A stretch of DNA of 64,000 nt from Sphingomonadales bacterium (GTDB lineage: Bacteria > Pseudomonadota > Alphaproteobacteria > Sphingomonadales > Sphingomonadaceae): positions 19,276-83,275 of the forward strand of contig JBBQWH010000002.1 in NCBI GenBank assembly GCA_038210785.1, read 5' to 3'. Shown here piece by piece: positions 50,665 through 60,586 of this stretch. The notes beneath the pieces were generated by a model that did not search any database, had not been told where the DNA came from, and worked only from the letters and a program-made list of their open reading frames with translations. Position 1 is the first letter of the stretch; each line of letters opens with the position of its first letter. Position numbers and translations under genes: made by a program.

Positions 50665-52095
50665 ATGTCCCCGCACAGTAAACCTGAAGTCGTCATCATC
50701 GGCCGCCCTAATGTGGGCAAGTCCACGCTGTTCAACCGGCTGGTGGGCAAGAAGCTCGCCCTGGTGGACGACCAACCGGGCGTGACCCGCGATCGGCGGA
50801 TGGGTGATGCCAATATCGCAGGGCTGCATTTCACCGTGGTCGATACTGCCGGGTGGGAGGACGAGGACGCGCACACACTTCCCGGCCGGATGCGCGCACA
50901 GACCGAAGCCAGCTTGGAAGGCGCAGACGCGGCGCTGTTCGTGATCGATGCGCGCGCCGGACTAACCCCGCTCGATACGGAAATCGGCCGTTACCTGCGC
51001 GAACAATCGGTGCCGGTGGTCGTGGTCGCCAACAAGGCTGAAGGTTCAGCGGGCGAGCACGGCGTGCTCGAATCCTATGCGCTCGGGCTCGGCGATCCGG
51101 TGGCGTTGTCAGCCGAGCACGGCGAAGGGATCGCCGATCTGTTCGGCGGGTTGTGGCCGATCATCGGCACACGCGCCGATGAATGGGAAGAGGCAGACGA
51201 TCTCGCCCGCGCCGAAACAGCGGCAATGGCCGAAGAGGACCGCCCGACCGGCCCGCTCAAACTCGCCATCGTCGGCCGGCCCAATGCGGGCAAGTCTACC
51301 CTGATCAACCGCCTGCTCGGCGAAGACCGGCTGCTGACGGGCCCCGAGGCCGGGATTACCCGCGATTCGATTGCGGTCGATTGGCAGTGGACCGACCCCA
51401 AGACCGGCGAGACGCGCGAGATTCGCCTGATCGACACTGCCGGGATGCGCAAGAAACGCAATGTCACCGAAAAACTCGAAAAGCTCTCGGTCGCAGACGC
51501 GCGCCGCGCGGTCGATTTTGCGGAAGTAGTGGTTCTGCTTCTCGATGCGACGCAGGGCTTGGAGCATCAGGATCTCAAGATTGCATCGCTGGTGCTCGAA
51601 GAAGGCCGCGCGCTGATGATTGCGATCAACAAGTGGGACGTTGCCGGGCAGGTTGGGACCGATGACCCGAGCCAGCTGTTCAACGGCATCCGCGGCGCGC
51701 TGGACGATGGTCTGGCGCAGGTGCGCGGGTTGCCGCTGTTCGCAGTCAGCGCGAAGACCGGCAAAGGCCTCGATCAGATGCTCGGCGGCGCGTTTGAACT
51801 GCGCGACAGCTGGTCAAAGCGCGTCTCCACCGCTGCCTTGAACCGTTGGTTCGACGATGCGCTCGAAGCCAATCCCCCACCCGCTCCGGGCGGCAAGCGA
51901 ATTAAGCTTCGCTATATCACCCAGGCCGGCACCCGCCCGCCGCGGTTCGTGATCTTCGGCAGCCGCCTTGATCTGCTGCCCACCAGCTACGAGCGCTACC
52001 TCGTCAACAGCATCCGCGCCAAATTGGGGTTTGATGCAGTGCCGGTACGCGTCACGCTCAAGAGCAACAAGAACCCTTACGCCAAGGAGGGATGA
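50665..52095 (+). CDS. der: Ribosome biogenesis GTPase Der/EngA
   Basis: Two GTPase domains (GRPNVGKS, GRPNAGKS) and a KH-like C-terminus. Confidence 0.97.
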   Translation: MSPHSKPEVVIIGRPNVGKSTLFNRLVGKKLALVDDQPGVTRDRRMGDANIAGLHFTVVDTAGWEDEDAHTLPGRMRAQTEASLEGADAALFVIDARAGLTPLDTEIGRYLREQSVPVVVVANKAEGSAGEHGVLESYALGLGDPVALSAEHGEGIADLFGGLWPIIGTRADEWEEADDLARAETAAMAEEDRPTGPLKLAIVGRPNAGKSTLINRLLGEDRLLTGPEAGITRDSIAVDWQWTDPKTGETREIRLIDTAGMRKKRNVTEKLEKLSVADARRAVDFAEVVVLLLDATQGLEHQDLKIASLVLEEGRALMIAINKWDVAGQVGTDDPSQLFNGIRGALDDGLAQVRGLPLFAVSAKTGKGLDQMLGGAFELRDSWSKRVSTAALNRWFDDALEANPPPAPGGKRIKLRYITQAGTRPPRFVIFGSRLDLLPTSYERYLVNSIRAKLGFDAVPVRVTLKSNKNPYAKEG

Positions 52096-52598
52096 TGCTG
52101 CTCGATCTCCTCGCCGCTGCCGCACAGGCGCCCTACACGCCCTACACGCCCTTCGCCTTCGAGATCCTCGAGCGCACTGCCTCGACGCCGCGGGTACAGC
52201 AGGTGGTGCAGTTGAGCCTTGCGCCTGCGTTCCTGCTCTCGGGCATCGGCGCGGTGATGAATGTCATCATGAGCCGGATGATCTGGATTGCCCAGCGGAT
52301 CGAGCGGATCGAGGACAAGATGGAAGACCAGCGCACCGCCGCCCAAGCGCGCGAGCTTGGTTGGTATATGCGCCGCCGGAGCCTGATGCAGGGCGCAATC
52401 CTGTTTTCAACCGCGGCGGCGGTGATGATCAGCCTGGTTATCGGGCTGTTGTTCATCTCGGCCTATATCACCGCGCAGATCGGTACGGCGATTGCCGCTC
52501 TGTGGGTGCTGACGATGCTACTGCTGGTGACGGGGCTGGGGTTTTTCCTGCTCGAAACGCGGCTGGCTGCCACCGGTTCGAAGCCGCTCAAAGATTAG
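52092..52598 (+). CDS. DUF2721-like membrane protein
   Basis: QLSLAPAFLLSGIG, three TMs, FFLLE. Confidence 0.75.
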   Translation: MMLLDLLAAAAQAPYTPYTPFAFEILERTASTPRVQQVVQLSLAPAFLLSGIGAVMNVIMSRMIWIAQRIERIEDKMEDQRTAAQARELGWYMRRRSLMQGAILFSTAAAVMISLVIGLLFISAYITAQIGTAIAALWVLTMLLLVTGLGFFLLETRLAATGSKPLKD

Positions 52599-52611
52599 GG
52601 GCGCAGGATCG

Positions 52612-52652
52612 CAAAAAGGGCAGATACCACTTCCGGCCCTGCCCCTTTTTTG
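52612..52652. terminator. Bidirectional intrinsic terminator
   Basis: AAAAAGGGCAG...CTGCCCCTTTTTT between convergent genes. Confidence 0.75.
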
Positions 52653-52681
52653 TGCAATGCTCGCGGTGAGCCCCTAGCCGA

Positions 52682-53164
52682 TCACTTCTCGCCCGCGGGT
52701 GCACTTTGCAGCTGCACATAATTGTGCAGCCCCATGCGGTCGATCATCTCGAATTGCATTTCGAGGAAGTCGACATGCTCTTCCTCGTTCTTCAAAATAT
52801 AGGCAAACAGGTCGCGGCTTACGTAGTCGCGCACTGACTCGCAATGTTCGACCGCATCCCTCAACAGCGGGATCGCCTCATTCTCGAGCGCCATGTCGGC
52901 GCGCAGAATTTCTTCGACTGTCTCGCCGACCTTGAGCTTATGGATTGCCTGAAAATTGGGCAGTGCATCGAGAAACAGGATGCGCTCGGCCAGCTTGTCG
53001 GCGTGCTCCATTTCCTCAATCGATTCGTGGCGCTCGTAGGCGGCGAGTTTCTTGAGGCCCCAGTTGTCGAGCACGCGGTAATGCAGCCAGTACTGGTTGA
53101 TCGCGGTCAGCTCGTTGGTGAGCGCCTGATTGAGATAGTCGATGACCTTGGGGTCGCCCTTCAT
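52682..53164 (-). CDS. bfr: Bacterioferritin
   Basis: MKGDPKVI, ELTAINQY, ESIEEMEHAD, EEEHVD. Confidence 0.96.
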   Translation of the reverse strand: MKGDPKVIDYLNQALTNELTAINQYWLHYRVLDNWGLKKLAAYERHESIEEMEHADKLAERILFLDALPNFQAIHKLKVGETVEEILRADMALENEAIPLLRDAVEHCESVRDYVSRDLFAYILKNEEEHVDFLEMQFEMIDRMGLHNYVQLQSAPAGEK

Positions 53165-53311
53165 GGGGATGTCCTTTGCGAATAATCAAAGCCGGTCGGC
53201 GGCATGCCGTGCCAAATACACGCTGCCGGGGCCTGTTCGCAAGGGGGTGGCGATAAAATATCTTTGTGAATCAGCAGTATGCGAGACGTTCGCAATCGCG
53301 TGTCGGCGCGA

Positions 53312-53503
53312 CTATACTGCGAAAACCTCGCAGAAAGCCGCTGCGCGCTCTGCCTCGATGATTTCCTGCGCTTCCTCAAGGCATTGGCCGCAATTCGGGC
53401 GCTTGCCAAGGCAAGCATATGTCGCTTCGGCGTCGCCGTTGCAGGTCAGCGCCGCCCGGCGCAGGTCGGTATCGCGAATTGCATTGCAGATGCAGATATA
53501 CAT
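53312..53503 (-). CDS. bfd: Bacterioferritin-associated ferredoxin
   Basis: MYICICNAI...CGQC, upstream of bfr. Confidence 0.9.
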   Translation of the reverse strand: MYICICNAIRDTDLRRAALTCNGDAEATYACLGKRPNCGQCLEEAQEIIEAERAAAFCEVFAV

Positions 53504-53547
53504 GAGCCGCCGAATCTTTCCTGCGAAGCGTTTGCAGGAACGCATGT

Positions 53548-53566
53548 ATGCGAACCACTCTCAATA
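53548..53566. promoter_or_regulatory. Putative Fur box upstream of bfd
   Basis: ATGCGAACCACTCTCAATA resembles TGCGAATCATTCTCAA-type iron boxes, in the expected position. Confidence 0.5.
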
Positions 53567-53579
53567 GCAAGGTGGAAAT

Positions 53580-54878
53580 TCACTTCCTCAGCGGAAACAC
53601 CTGCCTGTAAGTTAAACACCGCCACAGCCATTCGAGCGGGCCGTAACGATAGCGGTCGAGCCACGGCTTCGACCACGCCAGCATCAAGATGCAAGTGAGC
53701 GCCACCACGATGTAAAGCTGCGGGCGGTTCAATTGCCCGAACAGGCCAAGCGCCCAGCCGTGGAACACGAACAGCATCACGATCGAGGTGCCGAGGTAAT
53801 TGGTGAATGCCGCGCGCCCCGCCGCGCGCACGCGCTCACCCAGCCAGCCGGTCGTCGATGGTGCATAGACCACCAGCAGCGCGGCGAGCCCGAGGATCAT
53901 CCACAGCCGCGGCAGCGGGCTCCACCCCACCATCGCGGCGAGCGTGCCGAAGTAGCTGAAGCCCCCCGCCTGCGCGACCAGCCCCAACCCGAGATGCGTC
54001 AGCCCGCCCGCAATTACGCCCGTCCAGCCCCAGCGCAGCATCTTGGTGCGGTCCCACCGTCCGGAAAAGAACCCCGTGCGGTAAAGCGCCATGCCGAGCA
54101 GCATCAACGGGATCGTCTCGAACGCGAAGAAGGGCAGGTTGGCTAGCGGCTTCCACCATTCTTCGGTGATCCGGTGCGCGACCACTCCGGCGTAATCGCC
54201 AGTCGCGATCGCGGTGTTGACGGCCTCGGCCTCCGCCAGCGTCGCCTCGACCCCGGCGTTGAGCTCGGCGCGCTGCTCAATCAGGGCGGGAGAACTTTCA
54301 CCCAGCGGAGTGTCTGTGATCGCCCAGGGCGTGCTCATCGCGCCGGCATAGAACAGCACCCCCAGCATGTAGCCTGCCAGCGCGAACCACACCTGCGTCT
54401 TCACGCTCCACCGCATCGCACCGAGCACGATCAGGCCGAAAATGGCGTAGTAGGTGAGGATGTCGCCCGGCCAGATAAAGAAGAAATGCACCATCCCGAA
54501 CAACAGCAGGATGGTGAGTCGCCACGCCTGCAGCCAGCGCGTTGCGCCGCGCGCCCAGGCTTTCTCCATGAAAAGATACATTCCTGCGCCAAATAGCAGG
54601 GTGAACAATCCGCGCATCTTTCCGTCGATCAGGATAAATTGCGCAATCCACAGCCACCCGCCGGGATCGCCCGAATCAACCTGGAACGCGGTCGGATACA
54701 TATAGGCTTCGAACGGCTGGCCAAAAGCAACGATATTGGCGGCGAGAATGCCCATCACTGCCAGCCCCCGGATGAAATCGAGCGTATCGATTCGCTCACC
54801 CGCGCTGACGGGAACGACGGCGCGCTCCTGATCGCCGAAAATTTCCTGATCTGCGAGTGGCGTAAGCGTCTCGTTCAT
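53580..54878 (-). CDS. DUF418 (YeiB-like) membrane protein
   Basis: RIDTLDFIRG, LFTLLFG, GDIL..Y, GRAAFTNY, GPLEWLWR. Confidence 0.9.
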   Translation of the reverse strand: MNETLTPLADQEIFGDQERAVVPVSAGERIDTLDFIRGLAVMGILAANIVAFGQPFEAYMYPTAFQVDSGDPGGWLWIAQFILIDGKMRGLFTLLFGAGMYLFMEKAWARGATRWLQAWRLTILLLFGMVHFFFIWPGDILTYYAIFGLIVLGAMRWSVKTQVWFALAGYMLGVLFYAGAMSTPWAITDTPLGESSPALIEQRAELNAGVEATLAEAEAVNTAIATGDYAGVVAHRITEEWWKPLANLPFFAFETIPLMLLGMALYRTGFFSGRWDRTKMLRWGWTGVIAGGLTHLGLGLVAQAGGFSYFGTLAAMVGWSPLPRLWMILGLAALLVVYAPSTTGWLGERVRAAGRAAFTNYLGTSIVMLFVFHGWALGLFGQLNRPQLYIVVALTCILMLAWSKPWLDRYRYGPLEWLWRCLTYRQVFPLRK

Positions 54879-54989
54879 GGCTGATCCCCCGAAGCCAGTT
54901 GACCGCGAGAGATTAGCAACTCCGATGAGTTTGGGAAGAGTTGCTGGTCGGCGCGTGAGGCATGTTGGCCGATGCTCAGCGATTGAGCC

Positions 54990-56051
54990 CTAACCTTGGC
55001 CCGCGACCACGCAGCCCTGCCCTTCGCGCTTGAGCGCGGTGCAGGCGCGGCTCGCTGCGGACTCGCTGGCAAAGCCGCTGGCGAGCAACCGGGTGAGCTT
55101 GCCGCTGGGCAGCAGGGTCTTGCGAGTCCCTTCGAGTGCGGCGTTGCCCGAAAGCTGGCTCCACAGCCGTTCGGCATTGGCCGGAACACCGAACGCGCCG
55201 AGCTGCACGCGCCAGCTGCCCTGCCGAGGGACCGGCGTGACAGCGGCAGGCCCGCGGGCAAGTGCGGGACCAGATGCAACAGTAGCGATAGGCACGGCGG
55301 CAGCGGGCCGGGACGAAGACTTGCGCGCAGCCATCGGCGCAGCAATCAGCCCGGGCGCAGGCTGGCTCACCGCTGCGACCACCGGCGGCCGCATCGCCAA
55401 TTCGGCAGCGCCGAGTTCGGCCGAGCGCTGCGCCCTGGCGCCTGCCTCAAGCTCGCGCGCGAGCGACTGCGCCTGCGCCCGCTGAGCTTGCGGAATAAAC
55501 TTGTCCATTTGCCCCAACGCATCGCGCGCTTGCGGCAGGCCCGCGCCGTTCGCCAGCGTCATCAGCGCATAGGCGCGCGACCAGTCGCGCGGGGCATAAT
55601 CGGCGTTGAAGTGCGACAAGCCCAGGATGTACTGCGCGCGCGGATCGCCGCGATCGGCGGCCGCGCGAATCAACGGCATCGCCTTGTCCTGCTCACCTTC
55701 CTGAAACAGCATCAGCCCGTAATTGTCGGCCGCCTTGACATGGCCGAGCTGCGCCGCCTCCTCGTAAAGTTTGCGCGCGCGGGCATTGTCAATCTCGACC
55801 CCGCGCCCGAGGCGATAGGCCTGCGCGAGATTGAACAGCGCGTCCGGATCGCCCGCTGCTGCCGGACCCTGCCATTCGACCACAGCGCGGGTAAAATCGC
55901 CCGCACTCCAGGCATCGACCCCGGCTTTGACGTCGGCCAGCGCGGGCGCTGCGAATAGCGCCAGCGCGGCGATGCCGAGCCCGGTCAGCGCGGTCCATGC
56001 ACGGGTTGCTGCCCTGTTCGATCCAATGTTCGATACGATGATGCGGTCCAT
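54990..56051 (-). CDS. Sel1-repeat + SPOR domain exported protein
   Basis: Signal peptide, Sel1 repeats (AAAGDPDALFNLAQAY..GRGV), SPOR WRVQLGAF. Confidence 0.88.
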   Translation of the reverse strand: MDRIIVSNIGSNRAATRAWTALTGLGIAALALFAAPALADVKAGVDAWSAGDFTRAVVEWQGPAAAGDPDALFNLAQAYRLGRGVEIDNARARKLYEEAAQLGHVKAADNYGLMLFQEGEQDKAMPLIRAAADRGDPRAQYILGLSHFNADYAPRDWSRAYALMTLANGAGLPQARDALGQMDKFIPQAQRAQAQSLARELEAGARAQRSAELGAAELAMRPPVVAAVSQPAPGLIAAPMAARKSSSRPAAAVPIATVASGPALARGPAAVTPVPRQGSWRVQLGAFGVPANAERLWSQLSGNAALEGTRKTLLPSGKLTRLLASGFASESAASRACTALKREGQGCVVAGQG

Positions 56052-56217
56052 TGCTTTCCTGCCATGTCGGTTGCCGGATCTTGGTCGCCGGACGAACTTC
56101 CAGTTACAACTATAGGTCAATCAGGGTTAGCAAATGGTTGAGCGGCTCTCGGGCCTTCACTTAGAGGCAACAACGTATGTCGTGGCGGAAGCAGTGACTA
56201 CACCAAAGCAGCCCGTG

Positions 56218-56232
56218 TTAACTCTAAATTAG
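56218..56232. promoter_or_regulatory. CtrA-like box in the divergent promoter region
   Basis: TTAA-N7-TTAG; a weaker TTAG-N7-TTGA lies near 56127. Confidence 0.5.
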
Positions 56233-56321
56233 GGGTATCCTGCGATCCCCTGTCCATCCAGCCGCTGTCAGGCGTCGCAATAGGGCGGCCCGCAGCGGTT
56301 CAATCCAGGGGGACCCAGGCG

Positions 56322-57044
56322 TTGCGTGTACTCGCTTTGGCATCGCAGAAAGGTGGATCGGGCAAGACCACCCTGTCCGGACATCTTGCCGTCCAGGCTC
56401 AGCGCGCAGGCGCTGGCCCGGTCGTACTTATCGATATCGACCCACAAGGGTCACTGGCCGACTGGTGGAACGAGCGTGAGGCGGAATATCCAGCCTTTGC
56501 CCAGACCACTGTGTCGCGGCTCGCCAATGATTTGCAGGTGCTGCGTCAGCAGGGCTTCAAGCTGGCGGTGATCGACACCCCGCCCGCGATCACGATGGCG
56601 ATCCAGTCGGTCATCTCGGTTGCCGAGCTGATCGTGGTGCCGACCCGCCCCTCGCCGCACGATCTGCGTGCAGTGGGCGCGACGGTTGACCTGTGCGAGC
56701 GCGCGGGCAAGCCGCTGGTGTTTGTCGTGAACGGTGCCACGCCCAAGGCCAAGATCACTTCGGAAGCTGCGGTCGCGTTGTCGCAGCACGGCACCGTTGC
56801 TCCGATCACGCTGCACCACCGCACCGATTTCGCCGCGTCGATGATCGACGGGCGCACCGTGATGGAAGTCGATCCCGAAAGCCGCTCGGCCGCCGAGATC
56901 GCCGCGCTGTGGCGATATATCGCTGATCGCCTCGAAAAGAATTTCCGCCGCACCGTGTTTGCCCCTGCCCCCAATGGCGCGGCGCAGCAAATGGGCGGCG
57001 TGCCGCGTCCGGCCGGCGGCTTCGGTCGCCGGGTGGCGCAGTAA
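56322..57044 (+). CDS. ParA family ATPase (orphan)
   Basis: KGGSGKTT deviant Walker A, DIDPQGS, IDTPP, PTRPSPHDL; TTG start. Confidence 0.92.
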   Translation: MRVLALASQKGGSGKTTLSGHLAVQAQRAGAGPVVLIDIDPQGSLADWWNEREAEYPAFAQTTVSRLANDLQVLRQQGFKLAVIDTPPAITMAIQSVISVAELIVVPTRPSPHDLRAVGATVDLCERAGKPLVFVVNGATPKAKITSEAAVALSQHGTVAPITLHHRTDFAASMIDGRTVMEVDPESRSAAEIAALWRYIADRLEKNFRRTVFAPAPNGAAQQMGGVPRPAGGFGRRVAQ

Positions 57045-57060
57045 GCGCGAGGGCAAACGG

Positions 57061-57861
57061 ATGTCCGAACCCGGTTTTGCATCGCTTGGCCCATCCTTGC
57101 TGGCCCGCAAGGGCGGCGCCAAGCCCGCGATGCGCCCGCAGGTTGCGCCGCTCGTCGCCGACGAGGCGGAAATTGCTGCGCTCGCCGACGAGCAGCTTGA
57201 GGACCTCGGCTGGAACGACATGGGCGAAGGCGAGGCCGATTCCGAAGCTTGGGCAGATCCCGAAGGCGCGTCCAAGATCGTGCCGATCAACGCCGATGTT
57301 GCGGCTGACCGAATCGCAAGCGACACAGGCCCGATCGTCCGCCGCCAGCAGCGCCGCCTCGAAGAGCGCGTGCTTGCCGATGCGGCAATGACCGGCCCGG
57401 CTGACAGCGAGCCCGAATACGACGAGGACGAGGACGGGGACGAGGACGAGTTGGGGGATGGTTACACTTCGCCACTCGTAGGCACAGACGAAGACACTGA
57501 AGCTTACGACTCCGAAGCTTACGACGCCGATAGCACAGAGGAAGAAGGCGAAGAGAACGAGGATGCTTATGCCTCGCTCACTCCGCGCCCCGCACGCGCG
57601 CCGCGCGCTATCTCTGCGCCCGCCCCTTCGCCCGCCTCCGCGCCATCGGCGGCACTTCGCAGGATGCGCGTGCCCGCCGCTCAGGCCGGGCGCCGTGCTG
57701 CCTTCACGCTGCGGCTCGATGCCGACCGGCACCTGAAACTGCGTCTCGCCGCGACTATGCAGGGCGTAAGCGCGCAAGCATTGGTGACCGAGGCGCTCGA
57801 CCGGCTGCTCGCCGAGTTCGGCGATCTCGATATCATTGCCAACCATCTCAAACGCCACTGA
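57061..57861 (+). CDS. Acidic protein with C-terminal ribbon-helix-helix domain (ParG-like partner)
   Basis: N-terminal LLARKGGAKPAMR, D/E-rich linker, C-terminal AFTLRLDADRHLKLRLAA..GVSAQALVTEALD. Confidence 0.7.
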   Translation: MSEPGFASLGPSLLARKGGAKPAMRPQVAPLVADEAEIAALADEQLEDLGWNDMGEGEADSEAWADPEGASKIVPINADVAADRIASDTGPIVRRQQRRLEERVLADAAMTGPADSEPEYDEDEDGDEDELGDGYTSPLVGTDEDTEAYDSEAYDADSTEEEGEENEDAYASLTPRPARAPRAISAPAPSPASAPSAALRRMRVPAAQAGRRAAFTLRLDADRHLKLRLAATMQGVSAQALVTEALDRLLAEFGDLDIIANHLKRH

Positions 57862-57898
57862 CCGACATTTGACCACCACCAGCAGGATCAACGGGGAA

Positions 57899-59269
57899 AT
57901 GACCATGGACCGCAGCATCAAGATCGGACGCAGCACCGCGCCGCGCCTCGCGCTCGCCGTCACGACCGCACTCGCAGGGCTGGCGCTCACCGGCTGTATG
58001 ACCGCAGCTGCGCCGCGCGGCGACGTGTCGTTCAACAGCGCGCAAACAGCGCTCGGGAAGGGCCAAGTCGACAAGGCGATCGCCCATGCCGAAGCCGCCG
58101 TGCTCGCCGGACCGCGCAACCCCGGTTATCGCGCGCTGCTTGGCGCGGCCTATCTTGAAGCGGGGCGGTTCGATTCGGCCGCGACGAGCTTCAGCGATGC
58201 GCTCGATCTGGGTGACAACAACCCGCGTACTGTGTTGAGCTTCGCGCTCGCTAAGATCGCGCTCGGCGAAGGCAGCGCGGCTGTGGCAGCGCTCGATGAA
58301 TTTGCGCAAGCGATCGATCCCGCCGATCTCGGCCTCGCGCTGGCGCTTGCCGGGCAGCCCGAACGCGGGGTGCACGTGCTCGTCAATGCGGTCCGGTCAA
58401 GCGAGGAAGTCTCGCCCAAGCTGCGCCAGAACCTCGCCTATACCTACGCGCTCGCCGGCAATTGGCGCGCGGCGCGGGTGATGGCAGCCGAAGACGTGCC
58501 GGCAGGGCAAGTCGACGTCCGCCTGTCGCAGTGGGCGGCGATGACCGCGCCCGAAATGTTCCAGCAGCGCATCGCGAACTTGCTCGATGTCACCCCGCGC
58601 GCCGATAGCGGCCAACCGCAACGCCTGGCGCTCGGCAATTTCCCGAGCGATGCGATGATGGTCGCCGAAGCCGCCGCGCTGGCCCCGGTCGAGCTTGCTA
58701 TCGCCGCGCCAGAACCCGTCGCTGCGCCCGATCCGGTCGCCCAAGCCGCACGGCCTGCGACTTTCGCACAGGCCTTCGACACCCCGGAACCGGCGATCCA
58801 AACGGTCGTTCCCGCAGGCCCGAGCCCGCGCTACGTTTCGAACCCGGTGGTGCAGGCGCTGCCCGTGGGCGTTGAACGTCCGGTCCAGCGCATGGCAGCG
58901 GCCTCGCCGCAGCGCCGCATGGCCGCGACTGTCGCTCCGGCTCGGGCTCCTTCCGCCAGCGACAAGAGCGCGGGCACCCACCTCGTGCAGCTCGGCTCTT
59001 ATGACAACAAGAGTGAGGCCGAACGCGGCTGGACCATGCTCAAGGGCAAGTTCCCGCAACTCGGCGCACACAAACCGGTAATCAGCGAAGCGGTGGTGAA
59101 CGACCGGACCTTCTGGCGCGTCGCCGCCGAGGGCTTTGGCCCCACCAGCGCGCGCGGCATGTGCTCCACGGTCAAGTCGGCCGGACGCGGGTGCTTTGCT
59201 TATGCCGCTTCAAGCCCGCCCGCAGGCGCAGTGAAGCGCGACGTGCAGATGGCTTCGCGCGCCAAGTAA
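57899..59269 (+). CDS. TPR + SPOR domain lipoprotein
   Basis: Lipobox LTGC, TPRs (LLGAAYLEAGRF; RQNLAYTYALAG), SPOR HLVQLGSY. Confidence 0.88.
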   Translation: MTMDRSIKIGRSTAPRLALAVTTALAGLALTGCMTAAAPRGDVSFNSAQTALGKGQVDKAIAHAEAAVLAGPRNPGYRALLGAAYLEAGRFDSAATSFSDALDLGDNNPRTVLSFALAKIALGEGSAAVAALDEFAQAIDPADLGLALALAGQPERGVHVLVNAVRSSEEVSPKLRQNLAYTYALAGNWRAARVMAAEDVPAGQVDVRLSQWAAMTAPEMFQQRIANLLDVTPRADSGQPQRLALGNFPSDAMMVAEAAALAPVELAIAAPEPVAAPDPVAQAARPATFAQAFDTPEPAIQTVVPAGPSPRYVSNPVVQALPVGVERPVQRMAAASPQRRMAATVAPARAPSASDKSAGTHLVQLGSYDNKSEAERGWTMLKGKFPQLGAHKPVISEAVVNDRTFWRVAAEGFGPTSARGMCSTVKSAGRGCFAYAASSPPAGAVKRDVQMASRAK

Positions 59270-59298
59270 TCTCCCGCATCCTCTCTCGATGAGCGCAC

Positions 59299-59336
59299 AA
59301 AGCTCCCGGACAGGTTCCCCGCTGTCCGGGACTTTT
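59299..59336. terminator. Bidirectional intrinsic terminator
   Basis: AAAG-CTCCCGGACAG...CTGTCCGGGA-CTTTT between convergent genes. Confidence 0.75.
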
Positions 59337-59338
59337 AC

Positions 59339-60586
59339 TTAATTGGCGAGGCGCACCCCGCCCTTCCACAGGCCGAGCACCCGGCCCTGCGCGCCCTGCC
59401 GGTCGAACGGAGTGTTGTCGGCGGTGGCTTCCATCTTGCGCCGGTCGATGATCCAGGGGGCATCGGCATCGATCAGCGCGACATCGGCTTCCCGACCTGC
59501 CGCCAATTCGCCCGCCAACACTCCAAGCAGCCGTGCCGGGTTGCGGGCCAGCAGGTCGAAGGCGCGGGGCAGTTCGATCACTCCGTCACGCACAAGGTTG
59601 AGCGTCATGGCAAGCAACGTCTCGGCCCCCGCCATGCCAGGCAGCGCATCGGCAAATGGCAAGCGCTTGTCCTCCGGCCCGCGCGGATCATGGCCGCTGG
59701 CAATTACGTCAACCACGCCTTCGGCAATCGCTGCGCGCGCCGCCCGCCGGTCGGCTTCGGTGCGCAAGGGCGGTGAGAGGCGGGTGAAGGTGCGGAAATC
59801 GGCGGTGGCGAGATCGGACAGCATGAAATGCGCAGGGCTGATCCCGCAAGTGACAGGCAGCCCGCGCGTCTTGGCATCGCGCACCAGCGCAAAGCCGCGT
59901 GCGGTCGTGACCTGCCGAAAATGCAGCCGAGCCCCTGCCAGTTCCGCAAGCGCAATATCGCGCGCGATGGCGAGCGCCTCGGCCTCGGCCGGAGCCGCAG
60001 GTAGGCCCAACCGGGTCGCGATCTCACCCGCAGTGGCAGCCGCGCCCGTTTCGCTCGGGCCGGTGAGGCCGCCGTCCTCGGCATGGGCGACGACCACCAG
60101 GTCCAGCATGGCGGCATATTGCAACAGCCGGAGCATCACGCCGCTATCGGCGATCCATTGCCGCCCAGTGGCGATCCCGCGCGCGCCGGCCTCCTCCATC
60201 AACGCGATCTCGGCAAGCTCGCGCCCTTCGAGGCCGCGGGTGGCGGCGGCGAGCGGGTGAACCCACAGATCGGGCTTGCCGCTCTTGGCTATGAAATTGA
60301 CCCGGCTCGGCAGATCGAGCGGCGGGGATTGATCCGGCATCAAGGCGGCGCGGGTAATGCCGCCGAAGTGGAACGCGGGCTTGTCGACCGCAAAGACACC
60401 CAGATCGACCAGCCCCGGTGTGACCAGCTTGCCGCGTGCGTCGATGATCTCGTCGCCGTCTTGCGCGATGACATCCGCGCCGAGACCCGCGATCAGGCCC
60501 TCCGCGCAGCGCAGCGCGCCGGGCACCACGCCGCCGGGCGTCACCAGATGGGCATTGATAATGGCGAGCGGGCGTGTCTGCTTCAT
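59339..60586 (-). CDS. pyrC: Dihydroorotase-like protein (probably inactive PyrC')
   Basis: DHOase fold motifs ([22 protein letters not shown]); the HxH metal ligands are replaced by LGVF; coupled to pyrB. Confidence 0.85.
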   Translation of the reverse strand: MKQTRPLAIINAHLVTPGGVVPGALRCAEGLIAGLGADVIAQDGDEIIDARGKLVTPGLVDLGVFAVDKPAFHFGGITRAALMPDQSPPLDLPSRVNFIAKSGKPDLWVHPLAAATRGLEGRELAEIALMEEAGARGIATGRQWIADSGVMLRLLQYAAMLDLVVVAHAEDGGLTGPSETGAAATAGEIATRLGLPAAPAEAEALAIARDIALAELAGARLHFRQVTTARGFALVRDAKTRGLPVTCGISPAHFMLSDLATADFRTFTRLSPPLRTEADRRAARAAIAEGVVDVIASGHDPRGPEDKRLPFADALPGMAGAETLLAMTLNLVRDGVIELPRAFDLLARNPARLLGVLAGELAAGREADVALIDADAPWIIDRRKMEATADNTPFDRQGAQGRVLGLWKGGVRLAN

